A model generated the notes under the pieces. The model saw nothing but the letters and a program-made list of their open reading frames with translations. It was not told the origin of the DNA and ran no database searches. This document shows positions 26,086 to 38,286 of a stretch of 64,000 nt of DNA, one piece after another. The position numbers and the translations under genes were made by a program. Within the stretch, counting starts at the first letter, position 1, and each line of letters begins with the position of its first letter. Source of the stretch: Amphiscolops sp. MND2022 (taxonomy: Eukaryota); assembly GCA_964187785.1 (NCBI GenBank), contig OZ076409.1, positions 20,896,001-20,960,000 on the forward strand. The letters run 5' to 3'.

Positions 26086-27202
26086 GTACGTTTCAATATG
26101 GTTACAATCCCCATCAATGATGACTTGAGTAACAATCATTAAAGAGATAACTTTGTAAAACCTTGTGATTCTTTGTAAGATTTTTAAAAATCCTGAAGAA
26201 GTGCTCCACTTTAGGAGTCTAAGGTATTTGGTGACCCCAATGATGGTACTGATCTTTGATTTCTGATATATTCAATGAGTGTGATTAACATGAAATTTTA
26301 TGATCAATGAATGGTCAATGTTCTAAACAATGGTCACACGCTCTTAATTTTGATGACGAATAATTGCACTGAAATTTACAGTCATAACATTACTTATAAA
26401 ATTTCTATTTTTTCAATGACAAATTTTTCATAAGTACAAAGTTGTCTTGAATTCTATTCATAGATGTTCTATTCATACCCCAATAACTGAACAAAGAACT
26501 CATTCATTTGTTTTTCAATTTAACATTTTAGACGACAGTTTGAGAGTTCAACAAGGTTTGCTCAACATGAAAATTAGCCCAGCGTTCGACATCATTGAAA
26601 TGTAACCAGGATTTTGAAAAAGCATGCAAAACCTTGCAAGAACTTCAAAAACTTTGTACTTGTACTTGATAACAATCCAAACATGGGGAAAAGATAATAA
26701 AATTTCCTTTGATTTAGTTTTTGTTCTTATTGCTCAAATTTTTTGCGACAACCTAATTGACATGGTTTTCAACTTGATCCTAAATTTTTTTTACTTTATG
26801 ACTGAAAACAGGATGTAACTGAAAGCCATTAGCGGCTCGATTCGCACATAGTCGAGCGCTGGGAGAATCTATGTGGAATCATCTTGATCACAATCCAGTT
26901 TCACTCACTATTTCACAAACCTCGCTATGTGTGAAATCATTTTGTGCAGTCATTTCATCGAAAAATACAGTATCGAATTGATGAAGCCTTTGTTTTGGAT
27001 CACTGTATAGTATATTAAATGATTAAATCAAGTTGAGCGCCCAAAAAGACATCCCAGCGTTTGACATTGACACATGGGGAAAAGCAAAACTTCAACGAAG
27101 GTATCCATGAACTGACTGCTCCAGTAAAAACATTACCGTACATCAATGCTTTTTCGAAAACATTACTATTCAGAATTTATTCAGAATCTCCAAATTTTCT
27201 GA

Positions 27203-27440
27203 GGGGGAGCATGGAGTAATGGTTAGAGCATTCGGTCTGTACAGGGGCCGTATCAGGTTCGAATCTCTCTCAACTCACCATTGTTGGGCCATAAGCAAGT
27301 CCTTCATCCCTAGCTTAGTGGTATTGTCAATGACAAAAAATAACGCATTTGGCGGAGAAAAAGCAAAAACAAAAAGAGCAACGGTGAGCAGTCACACCTT
27401 TGTGATCTTGAGCAAGTCATTTTGAACTCACAGCTTCAAG
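27203..27440 (+). mobile_element. tRNA-derived SINE remnant (intronic)
   Basis: A-box-like tggagtaatgg and B-box ggttcgaatc, head ending in cacca, poor cloverleaf pairing. Followed by CORE-like segments (gggccataagcaagtcctt; gtgatcttgagcaagtcatt), which are also seen near 43200 and 56868. Confidence 0.6.
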
Positions 27441-27740
27441 TCCACCATTGCTTGACCACTTGGCTGCAAATATGGTACCATAGCTTGCTATGGGCAGATA
27501 GTATCCGAAAAGGCGCCGACTTAGAAACGCATAGCTGCTTATTCGGCGTCCACTCCGCGCTAATGGGGAAATTAACTTTTTTCTTTCCCATCATGTTGAA
27601 CAGTGTTTTTGGATGTCGATGTTTTTCATTTTTGTGTCGACGACTTCTTCATTCTAAAAGCTTATACTTTTTAACTTTCGCGCTTTTTTTTCGGCAATGG
27701 CCGCTTGAAATTGACCCACAAACGGTGTTGTGTGTTACAG

Positions 27741-27917
27741 GGATAGCGAGGAATCTGAAATCTGCCAAGTTGTGGGAACTGCTATTGTGGCTGCTCAGCA
27801 GACCAGAGCAGTACTCGGCTGTGATCCAATGGAGAAACAAGAGCATCGGGTATTTCAAACTAGTCAGCGATGAACTGCTGTTGGAGATTTACAACGACTA
27901 CAAAGACAGTATTCCCG
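27741..27917 (+). CDS. RING-H2/ETS gene, exon encoding the N-terminal half of the ETS domain
   Basis: ttacag|GG acceptor and CCCG|gttggt donor, both phase 1. Translates as KLWELLLWLLSRPEQYSAVIQWRNKSIGYFKLV, matching the ETS LWxFLLxLL...I-x-W...G-x-FKL pattern. Confidence 0.9.
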
Positions 27918-29139
27918 GTTGGTTTTTTACCATGTATAACTTCTGTCGCCTAAATTACAGGTTACACTTTTAACAAGGCACAGTGTAGTCATGAATATTT
28001 TCTGGAAGTTGTGAAAAATTTATTGATTGCTTTCAAAAATATTCCTCAGAACCCTTGTATATAATTGGGGAGTTTCTCAGAATGAAAGAATTTTTATAGA
28101 AATTTCTCTGATGCTTTGTAAGTGGAAATTGTTTGGTTTTGTAAGCTTCTGTCTCGTGATTCAAAGTAGTTTTCACTCATCAAAATTGAACTCTAATGAA
28201 AATGGAAAACCAAGAACGTAGAAATTATAAACGGCAACAAAAGTTTCATAATCCCATAGTTGAAACTATTTTGAGATTGCTATGAATTTTGAAAAAAATA
28301 GACAACTCCAACTAACGCTCACAACCACCTAGCCTTTTTTCTAAACCCAGATTTTTGCGTGGATTCTAAACTTCAAAAAATAAGATTTTTAGGAAATGTG
28401 GTTTGATCCACAAGTCATAATTCCAAGAAATTTTTGTCAAAAAGGCTTCGAAAACTGCTGCGAAAAGCATCAGACAGATATTTGAATGTTTCGGAAGGTA
28501 TTATTTGTTATAAATACTCATGAATTTCAGCTCAAATGCTCAATGATAAGTATATTAATGTAAACGTTTGTATTCATAGACACAATATGAGTTTTCTGTA
28601 TATTCAAGTCAAGTTTCTTCAAGTAAATGCAACTCGAGCGAAGTTAAGAAGTCACCCAATTTGCTTGTTAAGCAGAACAAACTTGTTCAGTACTACGGTC
28701 ACGAGTGAAATGCAAACTAAATGTCACTCTGCAAAGGATAATATTGATATCTTTCTCTCAATTGGGTTCCGTACTCCGGAATAACATTTCTGTATGTTTT
28801 CGCAATGATTAAACAAGACAGTTGAATTCCTATACCACGATTTCATCCAAAATGTTTCCTAAATTTCGAATGAAATTTCCACCAAGATTACTCAGAAATG
28901 TTAGGAAGTTAAACCCGGTTAATGTTGAAGAGGTATCACAAATTTCTTATTCTTCGTGACTCTCGTTTTTTCCCCCATTTTTCCTTCAAGATAGAAAAAA
29001 AATGGCTTTTCTCAACCAACATTTTCTCAAGTTTTGCCGTAAACTTATTGGCGGACACTATCCCGGGCGACTAGAATCGTGTTGAAACTACCCTTGATGC
29101 AGCATCGAACAATCGCATTGAATGATTTAGAATATCGGC

Positions 29140-29650
29140 AAGGCGCAAACTGAGAACGGAGATTATGAAATTTACAGTGCCAAAAATACTCGAAGGGACA
29201 CCCATAAGACTCGTAAACCGCTCTTCCCTAATTCTAAAAGAAAAAAATCCAATTTTAGAAAAAAAAGTTGTCAAGAATTTTCCCGGAAAATGTATAGTGC
29301 CGGAAAACTCAGAAGGAACCTTTTAAGTTCACAAAACGCTTTTTCTCAGCCAAAAAGTTTTTTTTGATGAAGGGGCACTCTTTAACCAAATAATTTTTTT
29401 CGCAAAAATTAATAATTTTTTTGCCAAAAAAACAGTAGATCTTTTACACATATATTTACACTCTCATTAGAAACAGGACCCAAAATATAACAAAAGACAT
29501 CACCCTTGAAAGTCGGAAAACCGTTTTCCTTAACAGAAAATTTCAAGAAAAAAACAAAGTGTGATTTTTTTTTCAAAAACAATGTCTTCGATAAGTCACA
29601 TAGTGACGGAAAAATCTGAGGGTCCTCTATCCTCGCAAAACGCTTTGTTA
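29140..29650 (-). repeat. Interspersed repeat fragments related to the HINE-like families
   Basis: Carries the recurring atagtgccg(g)aaaa / tttcggcactat motif shared with 11150, 30080 and 43305. Confidence 0.35.
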
Positions 29651-29655
29651 TTGCT

Positions 29656-29900
29656 AACAAGCCGGGACCGGCGCCATAACAAGTCGGCGCCATATCCAAG
29701 GCTCAAAAATAGCAAAAGGACTTCCAAGAGTCAATTTACAGTACTCGAAAATCGAAAAAGCAAAAAAATGGACCGAGTGGCGCGCCGGGGCCCTCTAGCG
29801 CGAGTCCCTGCCGCGCTAAAAGGGGGACACTTCCGAAATTGTCAACATTTTTGTCTGTTGAAAAAAAATCTCACAATGCCGAAAAATTGAAAGGGGGCTA
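29656..29900 (-). mobile_element. HINE-like family B 3' fragment, reverse orientation (intronic)
   Basis: aacaagccgggaccgg...aagtcggcgccatatccaaggctcaaaaa is the reverse complement of the family 3' end. Confidence 0.65.
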
Positions 29901-29904
29901 AAGC

Positions 29905-30481
29905 TTTTGTCGTCAGTAGAAAACTTAGAAGGATTGGTTTTACGAGTTTTTTTTCGGCATTGCGAGACTCTATTACCGAAATGTTTTGATGTCGCCGAAG
30001 GGCCTTCTCTTTGGTTATTTGGATTTTCTGCAACCAACTGGATAATAACAAAGCCCAAAAGGTCTCCTCTTTTGCGTTTTTCGGCACTATGAAATTCTTA
30101 CTTTTCGTCAAAAATTTCATTTTCAGTTGAATTTTCCAATTCTATTCGAATTTTTGACCTTATATCCGTAGTGAATTGCGTCTTAGTAAGGAGAAAGCGG
30201 AGGTTCAAAAATTTTGTGCTAAATCCGAACTATGACGTTATATCCGAAGCAAATTGTGTTTTACCAAGGAGCAGACCGATGCTCGGAAAAAAGCGTTCCC
30301 ATGTGGCCCATCACGCTATATTCTAACTTCTGAAGCGTTTTCCGAGCACGAAAGGCACCCTTTGGAAGTTTTGAAATTTTTCTGAGATTTTCATAAAAAA
30401 CACCCTGCGCATATTTCAAAAACTTTGCGCTTTTTGAGCCATAGGTATAGCGCCGACTTGAGACGTTCCTGCCGTGTTGTT
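29905..30481 (+). mobile_element. HINE-like family B copy with internal ~90-bp repeats (intronic)
   Basis: Ends tttttgagccataggtatagcgccgacttgagacgttcctgccgtgttgtt. Internal units (tatatccg..aattg..taaggag..gcggaggttc) are shared with 61555-61810. Confidence 0.6.
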
Positions 30482-30737
30482 ACTTTTCCCTATATAGAAT
30501 TTTTAATCGGCGTTTTTATATGAGAAAAGAGCCTGACTATTATTAGAACTAACAGATGCTATTAGTTTTTTGAGTGCCATTTTGTGATAAGAAGGAGGAC
30601 TCGTAAAAAAATTACTAGTAATCTTCAAAACGGTGATGATGTCTTTAGGTTGAGGTCAAAATCATCGTAATATGAGCATTTGAATAGTGTTTTCATGATT
30701 AGAAATTGATGAACCCGCTTTTCCATTTCCATTCCAG

Positions 30738-31504
30738 GGCGAGTTCCCCTCAAAAGAAAGATCCTTTACTCGAGTATCACTAGAGCCTTGCGTCACTATT
30801 ACTGGAATAGCACCTTGCACCCTACCCCTAAAAGGAAAACATACCAGTTCGGACCCAACGCCACCGACTGGCAGCTAGGAGTGCAGAGGGAACACGCCCT
30901 ACAAAGTCTGGACTACTGGGAGAAGACCAAACACCAGAGAAAGAGTTACAGCCACACTTTGTACGCAGAGCCAGCATCCCCTGACAGCTCTGATGGCGAG
31001 TCTAACCAGTCTTCGCAGAAACACCAAGTCACGTGCTCAAATTCAAGCTCAACTTCAAACTTGAGCCCACAAACATTCCCAACTTTTCAGAATGGTGAAA
31101 AAAGCAACGGGGTTCTTTATGGAAAAGCGTTGGACGTGGCATTGAGAATTGAAGACGAGATTTCAGGTGTTCGTAAAAGTTCAATGAGTTTTTCCGAAGT
31201 TTCAAAATCGACACTTCCTACAAAAATCAAGCAAGAAGTGCTGATTTCAAGTGCGGATCAGAACGATAACAGTTTAAGACCCCTTGACTGGAAACCAGTT
31301 AAGGAGCTAAACCTGAAGGAAGAAGAGGAAAAAGAGGAGAAAAATCATGTACCACAACCTGATGACGACGACGACGACGAAGATGATACCAGTTTTTTAC
31401 CGATTGACCTTTCTGTCAAGTTGAATGGGGTTGAAACTGAAAAGTTGTCTATACGTGGTTTGACCTCTAATGGCGTTTCAAGGTCACAACCCATGGAGGG
31501 TTGA
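30738..31504 (+). CDS. RING-H2/ETS gene, exon encoding the ETS recognition helix/wing, acidic tail and PIDLS motif
   Basis: ttccag|GG acceptor, phase 1. Translates as ILYSSITRALRHYYWNSTLHPTPKRKTYQF, matching the ETS Y-x-KLSRALRYYY...K..Y-x-F pattern. TGA at 31502-31504. Confidence 0.9.
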
Positions 31505-34500
31505 CTGACCTTGACTCATTCTGGGAAACAAAAGGATTATTTCACGTGGGAAAATCCACAGTCTTCGAAGTGGGAAACTCCACTGAGTGCAAAAATGCAT
31601 TCACTCCGCGTTGAACCATTGAGCCTCGAACCCAATTCATTTGAACCGGTTAGTCAATTTCTACATTTTTTTTGAAAAAAACTTGAAAAGATAAAGAAAA
31701 AAAAGAAAAATTTGGAAAAGTAAAAAGAAGACCAAATTGTACTCTCAGGTTGATGTTAAGCTTCAGTAATTATTCGAAAGTAAATGCACTTCCTATTAAA
31801 TTGAATTAGTTCCAAAATTTGTTTGAAAGATTTTTCCCAGTATTACGTTGCGTCAAAAGAAGATCAATGCTTACTTAATTCGTGATTCATTGAAATTATC
31901 ACCGATGCATACATAAGTATGTAAAGATTTTAGCAGTATTATAAAAAGTATGCGACTTTATTAAACACAATATGAACTACTTTGTCTTCCGATCCTGAAA
32001 TGTTAGGAGTTGAACTTTGGAACTCTTGTCCAAATATTTGACTCCTAATAGAAAGTTTCCATTACCATTCAACGAGCAGGACATTACAAGCGATGTTTAG
32101 GAGAACTTTGAAAACTCGAAATTTGTTTCTAATTTGATCTATTTGAGCAAATTTACCTGAACGGTGAAATTAGCCTAACGAATACTTCTGTTTGACTTCA
32201 AAACTTAACATTCTATATCAGCTGACAGGAAAGTTTTGACAGTCAGGAAAGTTTCGTGGATGATTTAGCGGAATGTAATTTGAAATAAGGAACGTTCAAA
32301 CGCTACCAATGATTGTCAAGTCTATATGAGTTCGAAAGGGTTGATAAACTGCATCGTTACTGTTCTTTCGTTTGGCCTGATTGATGTTCAAAACAAACGA
32401 GACGAAAACACGCCGACTTTGGTTGGAGATAAATTAGGAAGAAACGTGGTGAGCTAATGGAAATTTCTCTTCAAAGAAACTCTGAATTAATGACTGAGAA
32501 ATTTATTGCGAAAGCAAGATATTTAAGGCAGCTTATAGAAGGATAAAGAAGAACTTGAATGCAAACTAAGTCGGATCGCAGAAGCGTTTTAAGTTGTTTC
32601 GCTTTAAAACGAATTTCACGCTTCAAGCGAACAAACTTCATGTCAAGGTGTTATTTCTTGCGATTGATAATCAAAGAAGTATCAAAACCTTGTGTTGTAC
32701 AAACGAAGGAATAGAAAAAAATTTTCAAAGATCTTTCACAGAGATATGAAGCTTTCAAACCTGTATCGATTTATTACAAAGGTTTTTCAATTTCCGGACT
32801 TTGAGGTTTTTGATGACTTCATGCAAGAACCTTGTTTCCCCCCATTTCTAAATGCAATTCATACATTTTATTGTACTTTTTTTCGTTATAATGATTTCTG
32901 GTTGAATTATCAAAAATCCTGAAAGAAATTATATATTTTTTTTTGTTTTAGATGAAGGTGCACAAAACTCTAATTCGGGATCTATTCTGATCTACACGAG
33001 CCACATTATTAATGATTGGCCCCGGTTCAAGTTGTGGAAAATCACTACTGCGGTGAAAACACTGCGCCCTTGAATGCACAGCGATGGAAGTATGACCTGA
33101 CCTGTTTATCTGAAAGCGACTTGAATGACCTCTAAGATCGACCCAAACAATCCTGATATCAATGATCAACGATCAAGACATGCAAACAACTCCAATCAAC
33201 CAAAGAAATCATTAAAATTCCTGGAAAATGATGCATTACATCATGAAGGTCATTCAATTGATTGACGTCACATCGTTTTTTGATTTTCCAATGCAATGGC
33301 ATTTGAAGCTTTGGAACTATTTCGAAAAAATACAGACCGATTCACTCTCTATCGAAAGACGATGACAACTAATCCTCAAAACTGAATCAACTTTGACTTA
33401 TCAAACTCACCAGTAAATGCAAAGATTTCAGTCAAAGACTCAACATAATCTGTTTTTTTTTCTAAATATTTGTATAGATTTATGTAACGCTGTATAAAAA
33501 TCGAAAGCTGTAAAAAAACTGCTTCTTATTTTACAATTTAAAGTTTAGTGTTGTTTTTCTTCTAAAAATCTAATAGATGCAGCTAATACTTTCATGTTGT
33601 AAGACAGATCAATCATTCAAACTATGCTTCAGATTACATTGTGCGCTAACAATGAAACAAGCCGGAAACAGCTCAAAATGGCGCTCATCTTACGGCGATG
33701 AACGGTTCAGAAACAGTACGAGAAATGTTTTGAGAAAATTAGAAAGGAAAAGTCACAAAAAGCATACATCAAAGTACCTTAGTTGGAAGCCCTTTGCACA
33801 AATTGAAAGGTTTTTAAGAACAATCGCAAGAAGTCTGCTTCTTCTTAATTCGTTATCATCTGAAAAAACACCAAAAAATCTAAATATCGATTCATTAACT
33901 TTTTGTTTTTGTAATCCTAAAACTAAACTAAGTGAGTTTTCTTTTCTCCAGAACTCCAGAACACGACTACTTTTATGTAGCTTTCGGCGAAAAAACTTAG
34001 TCATGACATGTCGTAAGGCGGTTTGAACTTTATTTCAAACTTTAGTTGAAATCCAATTCTCTTTTTCTTAAAATGGTCTGTTCGAAACAATCGAAATAAG
34101 GTTGACATCAAACGAAAAACAAATAGTAGATTGATTAAGAGTGTATTTGAGGCCTTTCACTGGAAACGCTTACGAAGTATCTCTATTCTTCGGTGGTACT
34201 TACTCGAGCTTCGAAGCCAATGAGTTAGAGGATCATTTTCGGTTGCGAACGGTAGCTGTTTACCGAATACTAGAAAATGACAATGACGTCACAACAAACA
34301 AAACATAGACGCGACGGCATATCGCGCTTGGCATCAAACAGAAACGTTCAATATTCTGCAGAACGTACTACAAAATGTGAACTCAAAACTTAGTGAACTT
34401 ATTTAGTCTCATATCAGGAAATTTTGATGAAAGACCTAAAAAGATGAATGAAAAAGTTTTTTGAGAAAAAAGATCAATTTTTGCGGAGCAACTAGGGCGT

Positions 34501-36281
34501 CATACTTGATGACGGAAATTTCGTTGATACAAAAACTAGCCTACATCCTTGCTGTTTGTCTTGAGGAATAATAGTTTCTGTATGTGTTTTCAGTTTTGTG
34601 AGATAAGAGCTACAAATGAGAAAAAAAATTTCGGCATTTTTTTCATTCCTTTTTTGTCCAAACAACTAAGCATAAAAAGTTTTTGTACTTCATTTTTGAG
34701 CTAAAATGTAGCCTATGAAATGCTTCTACATTTTACGAAAGCATGGATATCCAAGAATTGCGTTTTTTCAAACTTCTTTGCAAAAAAACCATGAAGCCGA
34801 TTTTTTTGAATTATTTTCGGCGTAAATGTAGCCTAGGATCTTCCGCAACTTTTAGCGAAAACATAGTATCCATTGTAAGGAGTAAAGTCCGTATGATCCC
34901 TCAAACCACAGGCAGACCTGGAGTCCTTCTTTGTAAGCTTCGTCTTTGCGTTTTTCGACATATTTCCGATTCTATCTTCATTTGTGGACGCACACGGCTC
35001 AACGCCATGTTGGTTCAAATGCAAATTTTCCAACAACTTTTGTATTTCAGGTTTTATTTCTCGGTTATAGCATAGCTAATAGCCCTTTTAATTTGAGTCT
35101 GCATGACGTCCATCATTGTCTCCAATTCCCGGGACATTCTAGCATTCATTTCGCCCGAGAGCGTTTTAATTGATTCTATTAATCTTTCTTCCCTGACGGG
35201 CTAATTTCTATTGCCAATATCTCTGATCGCATTATCTTGAGATGATTTTTCTCTGTTCGGAAAAGACCGAAAGTCCCGCTGTCCTTCTGGGACGTTGATA
35301 AGACTATCTAACTCTCTTTCTATGGAGTTGGAATTTCAATCTCCTAAAATTACATCTATGCTGCCGTATTCGGACAACATACCTAATTCTCTCGCCTTTC
35401 AGGCCTTAGCATTTTGTTTTCTTGTGGAAGGCATAAAATATTTCTACAGCAGGAAATTTTTAATTTATTCCTGTAAACGGATATTGTAGGAGAGCTTTAC
35501 AAGGAACCTGTATAAATGCAAAGCAACTGAATAACAATGATTCAACTAAGATTGTCCCTTACAAAGACCCGGTCCGGGTATGTATACCCAAACGAGCATG
35601 ACACGCAATTTTATAACGGTCATGTTACTGAAAATAGTCAAAGACTATAAAGAGCAACATCACTTACATCGTTCTAAGTATAGCAAATGCAGTCATAAAT
35701 GTTTTGCGGGGCGGCGAAATCAAAGGCGCGCCGCGGTCGGAAAAGGGGGGGGGGGTGTGACACATGTCCTATTATGGACTAGCAACGCATTCAAATATAT
35801 CAACACGAAGTAACACTTTACATGTCAACATTACATGCATTTCAAATTAGGACACTCAGTTCATATGCCCGTACAAGGCCTTTCTCATTTTCGCAACGGA
35901 AAGGGAATTTGTATTGCGCTATAAGCACCTTTGCTGGTATTTCATCAATAAAAGGTCATATAACCAACATCAACTGAATTGGTTGACAAGTAAGGCCGGC
36001 TAGTCCGCGTGGTCTTACTCGTCCTTTCCGAGAAAATATTAGCACAGCTATATAATTGATAAATAAGCATCTAGTACCAACTGCGCTGGGATTGGCTAAT
36101 TAGCCGGTGACGGCCACGTTAGCTTTACTGGACAAGCAAATATTTGAACGCGTTTCCTTTCTGCCTGTCAGTATAGCTTGCTGACAAATGTTATTTTACG
36201 TGATGGTAAACAATAAAAACTAAATACATCAAACAACACTATAAATTCAAAACAGTATCAAAGATTCAAAAGTTTTAGTTT

Positions 36282-37399
36282 TTACAAAGGCAGTGTTCCG
36301 GGTAAGGCGATAGGCCTTGTGTGGTCAATCGTGTAAATATTGCCATCGCGGGCGGCCGTCTGTGACACTCCCCCTGGTAATAATAGAAAAGTGCCATCCT
36401 GCATTCCTTCTAACAAAGCAACCTTTCGAGCTCCTAGCTGGTCCGCTGTTTCTCCCAAAATAGCCGTATTGCGCAGGTAATCTGTAACTGCCTCGCTTTG
36501 GATCTGTATGGTAGATTTCCCACATATCACACAGTCCGAGTTATTTGCCATCGGATTGTATGTATCGATTTCCATTGCTTGGAGATAGTTCGTAACTGTC
36601 TCCACGGACTGCTGGGTATTTGTGCCTTGAACGTCCACCGGACTAGGATTGTAAGTCGGTCCCTTTTCTTCTGGTGGGGGGGGGGCGACATGGGAGTATC
36701 CACCATGGGGATAATTTCTCTACATAGTTTTATCGGGTGGTTACTAGGTACTCGGTCGTCTTGTTTGCTTTTCCTAGCGAGAAGAAAGATTGGTCAAAAG
36801 TCGGTCTCGAAGCGAAATATGGTTTGGGAGTCTCATACCTAGACGAGCCGTACTGGGGGGGCGTCATTTCTGATTTTCAATGTACTAGAGGGACCCGGAA
36901 CAGGGATTGGCGATGATAGTTTCATCTCGACACACTGGGCAATCATATTGATTTCATCATCAATCTCCTCGTCTTCTGATGATAAATGAAGGTCCAAGAC
37001 GAAATTTATGCTCATATCGCACATCTCGTCTTCGTCGTCACTATATCGGCAGATTGTATCCACTCTATCGGGCGCAGCGCCTTGGATGTCTTCAGGAAAT
37101 CGTTGAGCCATGTATCTATCTTTTATCATCTTTTTCGCAATTTTGAATGCAATTGCCTATTTCGGTTTGATTTCAGGAGGGTAACTGTTCAGTTTGAAGG
37201 TTAGGAGGTAAATGGCAAATTTTGTTTCCGGATTTCTTGATAGTTTCTGCCTCATATTTTCCCGGGTTCTCATTTCCCCGCATTGTGTTTCATTGATGAA
37301 ACTACCCGACATATTCTTTGATATAGGCCGCCTTCGCTTTGTTGACCGTCGATCAACTCCAATTTGCCTAAGCCGGCAAAGAACTTTTAAGGACTTCAT
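36282..37399 (-). pseudogene. Interrupted ORF of unknown function with a CxxC motif, probably TE-borne
   Basis: Successive minus-strand ORFs (37157-37399, 36839-37129, 36282-36638) with protein-like composition, separated by stops or frameshifts. Confidence 0.4.
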
Positions 37400-38286
37400 C
37401 TAGTGTTTATCTCCTCTTGATGGCCACTTGAAATCTTCAAGAGGTTGCATCTATGGCTGAAGGCCACGCGCGTCGATGTGTCTGTGACGACCAATGGGAA
37501 TTCAGATTAATTCCTCGCATCGCAAGATGGCGAATCAAGAAGTAAGCAGCCAAAAATAGAAAAAAAAGATAACTAAAATAATAAGACAATGGAAACTGTA
37601 TATTTCGAAATTTCAATAATGCGGATTTCTCTGGCAGATTCCATCCACGAAGTAGTTTCTGTAATTGTAAAAACATTTGACATCAAGTCAAGTTTGCCAC
37701 AAGATCCAATCTCTTCTGCATTAACAATCTTCTAATCTTTCAATTGTTACTTTACGAATTCACATTTTAACCACCGTTTATTTAGTTCCATAGTTAGTCT
37801 TTTAGTCTTCTTTCTTAGTTTCATACAGTTCATCTGCGAACAATTTTATGCTTCTGTCGCGCCTTCTTACATCACTGTCTAGACGCCGTGGTCGTCACAT
37901 CGCCATTTGGGCTTTACCCAGGGTTTACTCCCTCATCTTCGATCCCCACAGTTTCAGCCGATTACGACGTCTCGTTCTCGTTGACTTGTGCTCCTCACGT
38001 CAACACGAGCTTCCAGTCCTTTCTGAGCTACTACAACTCTTGTGCTTCTACGATTAGTCCTCTTACGTCCATCAGCCATAGGTAAGCTATTTTGACTTTC
38101 AATTTTGAACGGAAATGAGCTTGATCAGGGCTCTTCCTCTCGTTCATGCCTATCCTGTCCATCTTCACTAAGAAAACTTAGCATTCCGATTATTTTCTTT
38201 TCACTTCCGGAAGGTTTTATTTGCGGGTGTTCATGGACTCATATTCAGGAAGTTGTCCGCTATACTTTATCTCCTTCTGTTTAGAT

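Noticed and set aside
24507..26120. Stand-alone 537-aa single-exon gene as given by the ORF track
   Set aside because: TTG start, an upstream splice acceptor, and a phase-matched donor at 26086 show it is an internal exon.
27203..27280. Functional tRNA gene
   Set aside because: Acceptor and anticodon stems pair poorly and SINE-like sequence follows.
27422..27740. N-terminal part of ORF 27422-27973 as protein
   Set aside because: Intron sequence that happens to be in frame with the ETS exon; it is Phe/Leu-rich from T tracts.
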